From: an uncultured Spirochaetaceae bacterium
Lineage (GTDB): Bacteria; Spirochaetota; Spirochaetia; DSM-27196; Alkalispirochaetaceae
Reading direction: 5' to 3'
Length of the DNA stretch: 57,676 bases
Assembly (NCBI GenBank): GCA_964478055.1
Contig: CAYZHV010000001.1
Coordinates: 2,350-60,025 of the forward strand
The notes under the pieces were generated by a model that saw only the letters and a program-made list of their open reading frames with translations, was not told the origin of the DNA and searched no databases. Positions 6,960 to 16,496 of this stretch are shown here, in pieces. The number at the start of each line of letters is the position of its first letter. The first letter of the stretch is position 1. Position numbers and translations under genes: made by a program.

Positions 6960-8687
6960 ATGTTCGGTACGCCTCCCCTGCAGGAACAGATCATCACCTA
7001 CATTGGAAACAAGCGACGCCTTCTGCCGTTTATTCACGAGGGTGTTGTGGAAATCCTAAGAGAAGAAGGCGCCTGGGAAGCGAAAGCGGCGGCCGAGACC
7101 GGCGGGGCCGGAGCCACTAAGCCATTGCGCTTTCTCGATGCCTTCGCCGGCTCCGGGGTGGTCAGTCGGATGGCCCGTATGATGGGCCTGCAGGTACACG
7201 CGAACGATCTGGAAGTCTACGCGGGCCCGTTGATACGACCCTACCTTGAAGTGGATCCCGGGGAGGTAAACGGGCTCTTTGCCCCTGTGGTGGACAGACT
7301 CCGTCTCACGAGGGGGGGCGAGAACTACGCCGCTGTTCTAACTTACCTCAACACGCTCCGGGAGCCTTCATCTCCGGAGAACCTCTACTTTGCCAGGCAG
7401 TACGCTCCGGCAAAAACCGAGGAGGCCGACCCCGACCGGGAACGGCTCTTCTACACCCGAGAGAACGCCCTGCGGATCGACGCGATCTTGGAGGCGATAA
7501 ACGGGAACGCCTTTGGTCTCGCTGATTCGGGCCGCGGCTCAGCTTCCCGGCGGACCACGCCGCGAGAGATCATCCTCGCCTCCCTTCTCTACGAGATGAG
7601 CGTTCACGTGAATACCTCAGGGGTGATGAAAGGGTATCATCGCGGCTGGGGCGGACGTGGCCGAGACGCCCTGATGCGAATCCTCGCTGATATCGAGCTC
7701 GAGCCTCTTCCGCTCATCAATGGGCCTCGGGGAAGGGTCACCACACTCCCGGCGGAAACGCTCTTCTCTCGACCGGGGACGGAGGAGCCGGACATCGTCT
7801 ACGCCGACCCGCCCTACAACATGCACCAGTACGGGTCGAACTACCACCTGCTTACCACGGCGGTCCTCGGAGACCGTTACGATCCGGGACCGGTAGTTCG
7901 GGGAAGTCGGGCGGGAATTAGACGCGACCACAATCGCTCCGCTTTTTGTCGCTCCCAACGGGATCCGACTACAGGCAAGCGGGAGTGCGAGGAAGCCTTT
8001 GAGCGCTTTCTAAGGGAGATCCGGGCGCGCTATCTTCTTGTCTCCTACAATACGGACGGTCTTATCGGTCCGGAGGAGATGCTGCGACTACTCTCAGAGA
8101 ACGGGAAGCACAGAGTGAGTGCCCGGGTGCAGGGACACGTCAAGTTCAAAGGCGGCAAGAACACCCAGACCGCCCGGCGGACCCGGGAGGTGCTCTATCG
8201 GGTCGATATTGACCGAGGGGGCACAAAGGCGCAGATCGACGGCGTTTTCGCCCTACTGAGTAGAGAGGAGCGCATAGGAAGACTCCTCGACAGCTACGTC
8301 GATCCGCAGAAGCTTCCCTGGCGGGGCCGCCCAAACGGTCGGCAAACTGTCATCTACTATGGTGAAGACGGGGCCCCCCTGCTGGAACTGGGAAAGGACT
8401 TTCGCCTCCGGGAAATCTACGCTCCCGGCTCCGCTCCCGGCGTCCTCGCCTCGATAGAGGCGGCTCGGGTGGAAAAGCTCGAGCTCATGGATCGCTACCT
8501 CGCCGAGGGGATGGTAGATGAGGCGATTCATCTGTTGAGGAGCTTCAAAATCAGAAAGTATCGTAAGGAGCTGCTCCGGCACGCTAAAGCGATCCGAAAG
8601 GTCGCAAACCCTGAGCAGCGCAGCCGGCTGGAGAAACTCTTGGAGAGCTACGCTTCTTCCGAGAGCAATCGGGCCCGCAAGTCGTAG
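6960..8687 (+). CDS. Site-specific DNA adenine methyltransferase (Dam/D12 class, alpha architecture) with a long C-terminal extension
   Basis: 575-aa ORF with motif X YIGNKRRLL, motif I FLDAFAGSGVV and motif IV DIVYADPPYN, in that order. About 170-190 further residues follow the catalytic core and match no motif I recognise. Confidence 0.85.
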   Translation: MFGTPPLQEQIITYIGNKRRLLPFIHEGVVEILREEGAWEAKAAAETGGAGATKPLRFLDAFAGSGVVSRMARMMGLQVHANDLEVYAGPLIRPYLEVDPGEVNGLFAPVVDRLRLTRGGENYAAVLTYLNTLREPSSPENLYFARQYAPAKTEEADPDRERLFYTRENALRIDAILEAINGNAFGLADSGRGSASRRTTPREIILASLLYEMSVHVNTSGVMKGYHRGWGGRGRDALMRILADIELEPLPLINGPRGRVTTLPAETLFSRPGTEEPDIVYADPPYNMHQYGSNYHLLTTAVLGDRYDPGPVVRGSRAGIRRDHNRSAFCRSQRDPTTGKRECEEAFERFLREIRARYLLVSYNTDGLIGPEEMLRLLSENGKHRVSARVQGHVKFKGGKNTQTARRTREVLYRVDIDRGGTKAQIDGVFALLSREERIGRLLDSYVDPQKLPWRGRPNGRQTVIYYGEDGAPLLELGKDFRLREIYAPGSAPGVLASIEAARVEKLELMDRYLAEGMVDEAIHLLRSFKIRKYRKELLRHAKAIRKVANPEQRSRLEKLLESYASSESNRARKS

Positions 8688-10042
8688 CCGTCTACGCCGA
8701 CTACCTTCGCCTCGCAGAACGATCCCGGCTCGAGGGAGCCCTCGGGCGCGAAGAGCACCACCGTCCCGTCCACCTCCGGAGCCTGCATCGGCCCTCGGGC
8801 AAAGTAGATATCCTCCCCGGAGACCCCTTCTTCCACGATAAGCCGCTGGGTTGTTCCCACAAACCGGGATAGACGCTCCGTCGTGATCGGCCCCTGGGCC
8901 TCGTAGAGTATCCTCGCGCGCTCCTGGGCGAGGTCTTCCGGGACGGCGTCGCCGCCTTGGGAGAGCTCAAAGCCCCGGGTTCCCTCCTGGGGGGAGTAGA
9001 CAAAGGCGCCCATCCAGTCAAACCGCGCCGCTTCCTGAAAGCTGCGTAGCTCCTGGAACTCGCTCTCCCCTTCTCCCGGAAACCCAACCAGGAACGTCGT
9101 CCTGATCGTCGCCTCCGGAAGCTCCTCCTGGATCATTCGCACCGTCGCGAGAGTCCGGTCCGGAGTGGCGGGACGTCCCATCGCCCTGAGAACCGAGGGT
9201 GCGGCGTGCTGCACAGGGAGGTCAAAGTACGGGAGAATCCGTCGGTCCTTCCGACAGACCTCGATGATCTCAGAGGGAAAGCGCTCCGGATAGATGTAGA
9301 GGAGGCGCACCCAGAACTGCCCCGGCAGAGCACTGATCTCTCTCAGTAAGGGCACGAAGTCCCGCCGCCCTTGATCAAGCCCGAGGAGGCTCAGATCCTG
9401 GGCGATGAGGTTGATCTCCAGGATCCCGCGACTCAGGAGCTCCTGCACCTCCCCGACAACAGCGTTCACCGGCCTGCTTCGAAGGGTGCCGCGAATTTGC
9501 GGTATGGCACAGAAGGCGCAGTTATGGGTGCACCCCTCGGCGATCTTAACGTACGCCGTACCCCGAGGGCTGTAGAGGCGCGGACGCGGGGCGGTTTGAC
9601 CGTGCCAGTCAGGTTCGCCGGTCGGCGCGAGCCAGGGGGCCGATGTCGACGGCTCTCCCCTCCGGGCCCCCCCGCCCTCGCGGTTAGATTCCTGGAGCCC
9701 CCGGAGAAACTCGACGATCTTCTCCGGCCGCCGGTTCCCAAAGACTCCCGCGAGCTCCGGCATATCAGTGGCAATCTCTTCCGGGTACCGCTGAGAGAGG
9801 CAGCCTGTCATCACCACCTGTTTGTCGGGATAGCCGGAGATGTACTCGAAGGCGGTCTCGATAGTTTCAGTCTGTGCGGGTTCTATAAATCCGCAGCTGT
9901 TTATGAGGATAACCGATGCGTCTACCGCCTCGGAGACCTCCCGCCAGCCGTGAGTGACCAGGGCACCGGACATGATCTCCGCGTCATAGAGGTTCTTGGC
10001 ACATCCGAGATGAACTATATGGAAGGTATTCTCAGTAGACAG
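8648..10042 (-). CDS. rimO: Ribosomal protein S12 methylthiotransferase RimO (radical SAM MTTase)
   Basis: Radical-SAM motif CTHNCAFC, MTTase N-domain cysteines in INSCGF and TGCLSQ, and a TRAM-like C-terminus. The track ORF starts at ATG 9973, but the first conserved cysteine (FHIVHLGCAKN) lies upstream in the same frame. The only start-like codon before it is CTG at 10042 (in-frame TAG at 10052..10054), so the 5-prime end is uncertain. Confidence 0.85.
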   Translation of the reverse strand: MSTENTFHIVHLGCAKNLYDAEIMSGALVTHGWREVSEAVDASVILINSCGFIEPAQTETIETAFEYISGYPDKQVVMTGCLSQRYPEEIATDMPELAGVFGNRRPEKIVEFLRGLQESNREGGGARRGEPSTSAPWLAPTGEPDWHGQTAPRPRLYSPRGTAYVKIAEGCTHNCAFCAIPQIRGTLRSRPVNAVVGEVQELLSRGILEINLIAQDLSLLGLDQGRRDFVPLLREISALPGQFWVRLLYIYPERFPSEIIEVCRKDRRILPYFDLPVQHAAPSVLRAMGRPATPDRTLATVRMIQEELPEATIRTTFLVGFPGEGESEFQELRSFQEAARFDWMGAFVYSPQEGTRGFELSQGGDAVPEDLAQERARILYEAQGPITTERLSRFVGTTQRLIVEEGVSGEDIYFARGPMQAPEVDGTVVLFAPEGSLEPGSFCEAKVVGVDGYDLRARLLSEEA

Positions 10043-11168
10043 GGATCTTCTCTAGCTGAACTCTACCGGTAGCCTCGTTGTCCCGCCATCGAAGGAGACC
10101 GTTCGCGACCTCCCCGGCGTCGCCAAAGGGGATTTCCCGTCCCGCGGCCCTCACCCGGGCGGAGCCTGCGTTGGAGAACCAGAGCAGAATCTCACCATCC
10201 ACGCTGGTTCGAAAGACATCGCCACTTTGCATGTACTGCTGGTTTCGTTCCTCGCCGTTGATCAGATAGCGAAAGAGCGTGTAGCCCCGAAACTCGATCT
10301 CGACAAAGTACTCCTGTCGCTCCTCGAACTCGGCAATCACCGTAGTCGACTCCAGGCGGCTCGGTTCGGAGGAGGTTCCAATAACCGGAGTATCCGTCTC
10401 TTCGCCGATTGCCCGACTCGGAGACTGGGCGGTCCCGGAGGGGGAGGCAACTACGCGATCGACCCGCATGACGACCGTGGGCTCATCGCCCTGGACGATG
10501 TCCCGTACCACGACGCGGACATCCGCATCACCGTCACCGCTCATGTCGAAGCTCTCCTCCTGACCAGGAGAGACGAGCTCCAAAGCTTGAGGAGTACGGA
10601 GAGTGACTCCCTCGTTGATTGCCGCGATAGTGAGCGGGTACGTCTGTCCTCCCACGGGGATATCCAGGCGAGTTCCCTCCTGGAAGCGCTGCTCCAGGAA
10701 CTCGTCAGTGAGAGTTATGGAGCTCGTCACCACCTCTTCTGGTTCTTCCTCAACCTCCACCGGGGCCTCTGTGACGGGCTCCTCGTCCGCGGGACTCTCG
10801 GCGAAAAGCCCGCTCCCGAGGACAATGGCAACCCCGGCACCGAGGAGAATCACTACTCCGGCGACGATAGCTATCTTCTTCCAGGGATTTCGTCCCTTGG
10901 TATCGAGGAGCTCTTCCATTGGCGGCGGAGCTTCTTGGATCTGCGTATTCTTGTAGAGCGTGACCAGCTCATTCCCATCGAGATCGAGGAAATTTGCGTA
11001 GGTTCTCAAGAAACCGAGGAGATAGGGCTCCCCAGGGAAGGAGTCGAAATCCTCCGCCTCCATCGCCTCGATAAACCGCTTGGCGATGTGGGTCTCACGA
11101 GCTACCTGTTCAATGGAATAACCCTTGGACTCCCGTGTTCCCTGTAGCTTCGCTCCAATGGACTCCAT
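10032..11168 (-). CDS. rodZ: RodZ-like cytoskeleton protein (N-terminal HTH, TM helix, C-terminal DUF4115-type domain)
   Basis: 378-aa ORF with HTH GYSIEQVARETHIAKRFIEAMEAEDFDSFPGEPYLLGFLRTYANFL, a TM helix IAIVAGVVILLGAGVAIVLG and a beta-rich C-terminal domain. Confidence 0.75.
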   Translation of the reverse strand: MESIGAKLQGTRESKGYSIEQVARETHIAKRFIEAMEAEDFDSFPGEPYLLGFLRTYANFLDLDGNELVTLYKNTQIQEAPPPMEELLDTKGRNPWKKIAIVAGVVILLGAGVAIVLGSGLFAESPADEEPVTEAPVEVEEEPEEVVTSSITLTDEFLEQRFQEGTRLDIPVGGQTYPLTIAAINEGVTLRTPQALELVSPGQEESFDMSGDGDADVRVVVRDIVQGDEPTVVMRVDRVVASPSGTAQSPSRAIGEETDTPVIGTSSEPSRLESTTVIAEFEERQEYFVEIEFRGYTLFRYLINGEERNQQYMQSGDVFRTSVDGEILLWFSNAGSARVRAAGREIPFGDAGEVANGLLRWRDNEATGRVQLEKIPVY

Positions 11169-11170
11169 AT

Positions 11171-11851
11171 TTAGTTTTCCCTTTCGAAGAGAAAGTCCTC
11201 GAACGTGTTGGCCGAAGACGGCGCCTCGTAGTCAAACCGGGCAACCGGGATGTTCTGGTTCAGCCGAATGTCGGCAAAGTCGAACTGAACCTCCTGAAAT
11301 CCTATTGTAACGCCAATGATGCGACGTATCAGCAAGTCTTCATCAATCGAGAGGGTGAGCTGTCGATATCCCTCATTGGTTGAACGCCAGGTGAGAAGGA
11401 GCTTCGTGACCATCTCCTCCGAATCCTCGTCCAGCGGCACCATCTCGGGAGAGTCCAGATAGGCGATACTGTAATTGCGCTGCATGAGCTCGAGCCCCTC
11501 GGCGTTCGCCATGGTTGCAGGACCAGGACCACCCTCCCGCAGAAGTTCCTGGGAGAGCACAACGTTATACCGAGGTATGTACACCTGCAGCGTTTCTCCA
11601 TCGGAAACCAGAACCTGACCTTCCGGGTCCTCGAAGTTGATTCGGATTAAGTTGGGTCTCCGATAGAAGAGCTCTCCACTCTGCGTGGACTCTTCCGTCT
11701 CGATGGTAAGGTCGGCGGCGTAGTCCACTATCTCCGTGTATCGTTCGCCGACCCGATCGAAAAAGTCTCCCGCGGTGAGCATCTCCTGAGAAAAGAGGGG
11801 CGAAACACTAAGTATTGTTAGGAATGTGGCGATCAGTAAGCGTCTGGTCAT
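11171..11851 (-). CDS. LolA-family outer-membrane lipoprotein carrier-like protein
   Basis: 226-aa ORF with a signal peptide and the LolA-like pattern GELFYRRPNLIRINFEDPEGQVLVSDGETLQVYIPRYN. Confidence 0.7.
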   Translation of the reverse strand: MTRRLLIATFLTILSVSPLFSQEMLTAGDFFDRVGERYTEIVDYAADLTIETEESTQSGELFYRRPNLIRINFEDPEGQVLVSDGETLQVYIPRYNVVLSQELLREGGPGPATMANAEGLELMQRNYSIAYLDSPEMVPLDEDSEEMVTKLLLTWRSTNEGYRQLTLSIDEDLLIRRIIGVTIGFQEVQFDFADIRLNQNIPVARFDYEAPSSANTFEDFLFEREN

Positions 11852-11915
11852 ATCTGTTTGGCAGGTCTATAAGCTCTTATGTTACCGTGCACTATGCGCC
11901 CTCGAAGGTGCTTTG

Positions 11916-12668
11916 TCAACCAAGACTCTTTAGCCTGTCTCTCAGCTGTGCGGCGCGCTCGTAGTTCTCTTCCTGCACGGCACGATCGAGCTCTCGCCGT
12001 AGCCGTTCCGCTTCGTCTTGCCCTTCCGGGGACTCTTCAACCTGCTTGAGGGTCGATTTCAGATAATTGATGGAGCGTACTTTTTCCAGCTGGAACGCCG
12101 GAGACTCGATCTCCTCCATTTGGTTAATGGACTCGATCGCTTCCTCCAGGACCTTTGCCGGAGAACCCGCCAACTCCCCGTGGAGCATCGCCATCGCCTT
12201 GGCCACGGCGTTCATTCGGAGAATGTAGGGACGAAATTGAAGAACCGCGTTTCGATCCTCCTCTTCGTCACAGTACCGCTCGAGCACCCTGCAGAGCCTG
12301 AGGTTGTGTTCAGTGTCTTCGATCACCCGGGCGTAGTCGTTTATCTGAAAGAGAAGCAGATAGCGGTAGTAGTAGAGAAGCCCCTCGTTGTGGAGCTCCA
12401 CCGCGTCATCGTGGTCGATATGAAAGCCAACGTCGCTGCCGTGCTCCTCGGTGTATCTGGCGGCGTTGGCCTCGACGAGATCGAGATAGCTCTCATGATC
12501 GTCCGGGCGCTCTCCGTCAGGACGCCCTTTGAGCTCATACTGCTCGATTCCGAGGGGGAGACGCAGCTGCATTACCTCCCGACCGTCGTCCGCGGTTATA
12601 ATGCGAATGGTGTTCTGCGGCTCGTAGGGCCATTCCGAGAGAATCTTAGTTACATCGTGGCTCATCAC
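11916..12668 (-). CDS. UVR (UvrB/UvrC motif) domain-containing protein
   Basis: 250-aa ORF whose C-terminus EAERLRRELDRAVQEENYERAAQLRDRLKSLG is a UVR motif. The rest is uncharacterized. Confidence 0.7.
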   Translation of the reverse strand: MMSHDVTKILSEWPYEPQNTIRIITADDGREVMQLRLPLGIEQYELKGRPDGERPDDHESYLDLVEANAARYTEEHGSDVGFHIDHDDAVELHNEGLLYYYRYLLLFQINDYARVIEDTEHNLRLCRVLERYCDEEEDRNAVLQFRPYILRMNAVAKAMAMLHGELAGSPAKVLEEAIESINQMEEIESPAFQLEKVRSINYLKSTLKQVEESPEGQDEAERLRRELDRAVQEENYERAAQLRDRLKSLG

Positions 12669-12761
12669 GCTTTCCCTGGGTAGACAGTACTAGCGGATTC
12701 GACCGGGGGCAACTACATCCACCTCATTGAAATCACGGATTCACTGGCATACGATAGCGGT

Positions 12762-13454
12762 ATGAGCCAGACCTTCGTAATCTCCCTCGGGGGCTCCATC
12801 GTTGCTCCCGACAAACCGGATACAGCCTTCCTCAAGGAGTTCTCGCGGACCATTAGAGCGCACGTGGAGGCCGACGAGAGCCGGTTCATTCTGGTCGTCG
12901 GCGGTGGAGGACCTGCCCGGGCGTATCAGTCAGCGTACCGGGAGCTCGTGGAAAACCCGGAGAAGAACGAACAGGACTGGATCGGTATCGCCGCCACCAG
13001 ACTCAACGCGCAACTCGTTCGGGGGGTCTTTCACGACCTGGCGCCGCAGCCGGTGGTGATCGACCCTTCCGCGGTGGAGAGCTTTCAAGGGAGCGTTCTC
13101 GTCGCCGCCGGCTGGAAACCGGGATTCTCGACGGACTTTGACGCGGTCATCCTGGCCGAGCGCTTTTCGGGAGACACGATTATCAACCTTTCAAACATAG
13201 AAAAAGTGTACACCGCGGATCCAAAGAAGGACCCAAAGGCCAAGCCTCTGGACCACGTCTCCTGGGAGCAGTTCCGAAAGCTCGTCGGGGAGGACTGGAA
13301 CCCCGGCAGCAACTTTCCCTTCGACCCCGTGGCGACCAAACGGGCCGCCATCTTGGGCCTCCGGGTCATCGCCGCTGGAGGTCAGGATCTGGAGAACCTG
13401 AAGAAGATCCTCAGGGAAGAGCCCTTTGAAGGCACTCAGATCGGCCCGGAGTAG
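12762..13454 (+). CDS. pyrH: UMP kinase, short archaeal-type (amino-acid kinase fold)
   Basis: 230-aa ORF with ISLGGSIV, LVVGGGGPAR and VYTADPKKDPKAKP, matching archaeal-type PyrH as I remember it. Confidence 0.8.
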   Translation: MSQTFVISLGGSIVAPDKPDTAFLKEFSRTIRAHVEADESRFILVVGGGGPARAYQSAYRELVENPEKNEQDWIGIAATRLNAQLVRGVFHDLAPQPVVIDPSAVESFQGSVLVAAGWKPGFSTDFDAVILAERFSGDTIINLSNIEKVYTADPKKDPKAKPLDHVSWEQFRKLVGEDWNPGSNFPFDPVATKRAAILGLRVIAAGGQDLENLKKILREEPFEGTQIGPE

Positions 13455-14932
13455 TCGGGAAAGAGCCGCAGGATCTCGATATACCCCGCTGCCATGACGT
13501 AAGGATCCCCTGTGTCGTCTAGGAGTCGGAGTGTTTCGTTCAGCAACTCCCTCGCGAGCAACCCGTCGACGAGACGGAGCTGGGTTTGCCGGCTCAACTC
13601 TCGCGGATCTTCCCCAGCCGCCTGTCGTAGCACCCCCGCCTGAAGTCGCTCGTCCTCGGCAAGCTCCCCACGGTGGACCAGCTCGATAAGTAATTGCGCC
13701 CGAAAGTCAGCGGAGTCCGAGATCTGCACAATCTCCTGGAGCGTCCCAACCTCACCAGCCTCGATCCGGTAGAGCAGAAGCTGGAGAAACGGCTCGCGAT
13801 ACGGGGGCGTTGCAGGCGCACCGGTCAGGCTGGAGGCGACTCGTCGCACCAGAGGCTCCGAACGCTCGATCTCGCCCAGATCGCGGTAGAAGCGTGCCAG
13901 AAGCCCCTGGGCCGCCAGAACCTCCGCCGGGCGTCCGCGAACGCGGTTGATCAGCCCCGAGGCCTCCTCGGCAATCTCCCGCCCTCTCGCGGCCTCACCT
14001 CGGGACTGCGCCTCCCGAGCAAGGAGCGCCATCTCCCAGGCCCGCTCTGCCTCGAGCGGGATCTTTCGAATCACCTCTCGCGCTTCTCCGATAAGCCCCC
14101 GCCGCCTCAGATGGTCCGCGAGCTCCCCAAGGGCTTCGAGCTCAGGAACCTGCTCGATCGGTTCCGTTGCTGTCCCAACAGCCTCAATGCTCTTGGTCTC
14201 CAGGGAGCGAGCGCTCTCCAGGTCCCCGAGAACTCTAAAGAGCTCGGAGATTCGGGCGTACCGCGCCCCTCGGACATAGGGATTGGTTATCTCCGCCGCC
14301 GCGGGAATGCTCTGCTGCAGCAAGTTCCCAACATCTACCGCGACCGCCTGCCGGGAGAGAGCTGCGGCGACGTCGAGAAGCGTCTGAGACCGAAGAGCCG
14401 GATCATCTATTACGTAAATCTGATCCAAGGCAGCTCGGGTCGCCTCAGCATAGACTCCCTCCCCCCGAGCCGCGGTAAGAACGAGATCAGCAAAAAGCTC
14501 CGCTCGTGTTCGCGCCTCCGGCGCCTGCAGGGCGTAGCGGCGCCCCGTCTCCAACCGGGCCCCAGCGGCCTCGGCCAACTCGAGGCCGGCGTACCCCTCG
14601 GCGAGTCCCGCAGCGACGCGAGAGGCCACCACCGGCGTCTCAGCAACCCGGGGAAGCCTCTCGCTCCCGATCGTCAGGGCCTCCAGGGCGGCGTCTTCTT
14701 CTCCTCGCTCCCCCAGAGCCACCGCGAGCCGGGTCAGAAGCTCGAGTTGCTCTGCCTCGGTGTCGCCTCCCTCCTGCACGAGCTCCGCCGCCTCCGCAAC
14801 CTGCCCGCCAAAGGCTTCGAGTTCTGAGATACGTCTCGTTGTCCCGCCGTTCTGGCTGGACGCACAGCCCATGAGCAGTGAGAGAAGGAGCAAAAGTGAT
14901 GGAAAGGTGATGCAAGCACGGGGACGGTACAA
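13436..14932 (-). CDS. Lipoprotein with Ala/Leu/Glu/Arg-rich helical (TPR/HEAT-like) repeats
   Basis: 498-aa ORF with a TTG start and lipobox LLSLLMGC/ASS. The rest is predicted all-helical repetitive sequence. Confidence 0.7.
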   Translation of the reverse strand: MYRPRACITFPSLLLLLSLLMGCASSQNGGTTRRISELEAFGGQVAEAAELVQEGGDTEAEQLELLTRLAVALGERGEEDAALEALTIGSERLPRVAETPVVASRVAAGLAEGYAGLELAEAAGARLETGRRYALQAPEARTRAELFADLVLTAARGEGVYAEATRAALDQIYVIDDPALRSQTLLDVAAALSRQAVAVDVGNLLQQSIPAAAEITNPYVRGARYARISELFRVLGDLESARSLETKSIEAVGTATEPIEQVPELEALGELADHLRRRGLIGEAREVIRKIPLEAERAWEMALLAREAQSRGEAARGREIAEEASGLINRVRGRPAEVLAAQGLLARFYRDLGEIERSEPLVRRVASSLTGAPATPPYREPFLQLLLYRIEAGEVGTLQEIVQISDSADFRAQLLIELVHRGELAEDERLQAGVLRQAAGEDPRELSRQTQLRLVDGLLARELLNETLRLLDDTGDPYVMAAGYIEILRLFPDYSGPI

Positions 14933-14968
14933 ATCGCTGCCTTTTTCTACTACACTCGCCTAAAGTTT

Positions 14969-15325
14969 ATGTATACCTCTGATCGATTTCAGAAAGAATT
15001 CCGCAAGTTACGGAAAAGCGAATCCACGGAAGATCTCTTTCCTCAGTTGGAGCGACGGTTTCTGCGCTACCTTCCTGGGCTGCCGCAGGAGCTCGGGCAG
15101 GAGCTCTTTGCCCACTGCTACGAACGGTGGGAGGGAGGCGCCGGCGACCTCATCTTCGGCGATGTCCTCGATCTGATGCAACAGCAGTATGATGAGGAGA
15201 ATGATCCCTTGAGCCAAGAGGACTGGGAGGCCATACGGGAAATTGTCTCCTCCTACGCCGTAGACCTGGATATGCACCTTGTCACCTACGTCATGCAGCT
15301 CGTCGTGGAACGGGGACACAACTAG
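14969..15325 (+). CDS. Hypothetical acidic protein
   Basis: 118-aa ORF with no motif I recognise. It is divergent from the lipoprotein gene, and its 3-prime end overlaps the corA stop by 4 nt. Confidence 0.5.
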   Translation: MYTSDRFQKEFRKLRKSESTEDLFPQLERRFLRYLPGLPQELGQELFAHCYERWEGGAGDLIFGDVLDLMQQQYDEENDPLSQEDWEAIREIVSSYAVDLDMHLVTYVMQLVVERGHN

Positions 15326-16401
15326 AACCAGCGACGCTTGCGAAAATAGTAGACCATTCCCCCCGCCAGGAGCACCATGACACCCAGGAGCGTTGGATAG
15401 CCGTAGCGCCATTGGAGCTCCGGCATGTGGGCAAAATTCATCCCGTAGATTCCCGCCACAAAAGTCAATGGAATAAAGATCGTCGCAATGATCGTCAAGG
15501 TGCGCATGACCTCGTTTGTGGAAGCTCCGACCATGGAGCTATGGAGCTGAAAGAGCCCGGTGACCCTGTCCCGCTGTGCGTCGATCGTGTCTATCAGCGC
15601 GAGAACGTGATCGTAGGTATCCTGCAGGAAGGGAAGCGTTTCCACGTTGAAGTACTCATTCTGCCCCTTCGAGGGGAGCTGCAGCATCTCCCGGAGCGGC
15701 CAGACTCCCCTTCGTAAGGTAATCACCTCCCCCCGGAGCGCGTGCACCTGGGAGAGGAGCTCCTCCGAAGGATGATCTATGATTTCGGCCTCCAGCTCCT
15801 CAACCAGCGCCTGCAGCTCATCCACCGCGAGGAATGTCGAGTCCACAAGCGCATCGAGAATTGCATAGACCAGGTAGTCCGCCGGAGAACGACGTACTCG
15901 TCCTTTCCCTGCGCGAATCCGTTCTCTCAGCCCCTCAAAAACGTCTCCCGGCCGCTCCTGAAAGGAAATCACCGTCCGCCCGGAGGAGAAGATGCTCACC
16001 TGCTCCGTTTCCAGAGTACTCTTACTCTCGTTCCAGGAGATCATGCGGATAACGACGAATAGGGAGCTACCCATATCTTGTAGTTTGGGTCGTTGATCGA
16101 TGTGCTGTACGTCCTCGAGCATGAGTGGATGAACCGAGAAGCGACGTCCCAGTTCTTGGAGAAAGCTGCCGTCCTGCACCCCAGTCACGTTTACCCACCG
16201 GACACCGTTCTCCGGTTCCGGCGGCAATTCCGGAAAGGCATCCCCGGGCCTCACCTCTGTGTGCGTCTCCTCGACACGCTCGCCGTTGTAGGTAATCACG
16301 TGAATAACGCTCGGACCCGCGGAGGCCGCAGTGCTCAAAGAACCGGGGGGCTGACCCAGACTCTCTCTTCGCACTCGCATACCACGTAAGAGTTTTCGCA
16401 T
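15322..16401 (-). CDS. corA: Magnesium/cobalt transporter CorA
   Basis: 359-aa ORF with the signature YGMNF followed by two C-terminal TM helices. Confidence 0.9.
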   Translation of the reverse strand: MRKLLRGMRVRRESLGQPPGSLSTAASAGPSVIHVITYNGERVEETHTEVRPGDAFPELPPEPENGVRWVNVTGVQDGSFLQELGRRFSVHPLMLEDVQHIDQRPKLQDMGSSLFVVIRMISWNESKSTLETEQVSIFSSGRTVISFQERPGDVFEGLRERIRAGKGRVRRSPADYLVYAILDALVDSTFLAVDELQALVEELEAEIIDHPSEELLSQVHALRGEVITLRRGVWPLREMLQLPSKGQNEYFNVETLPFLQDTYDHVLALIDTIDAQRDRVTGLFQLHSSMVGASTNEVMRTLTIIATIFIPLTFVAGIYGMNFAHMPELQWRYGYPTLLGVMVLLAGGMVYYFRKRRWF

Positions 16402-16496
16402 TGTTCAAGGATACCATCGGGAGGCGGCATTAGTCTCGTCAGCCCAGTATGGTATAGTCGGACGGTCACGGAACGAACCAAACGGGGGCATTTACT

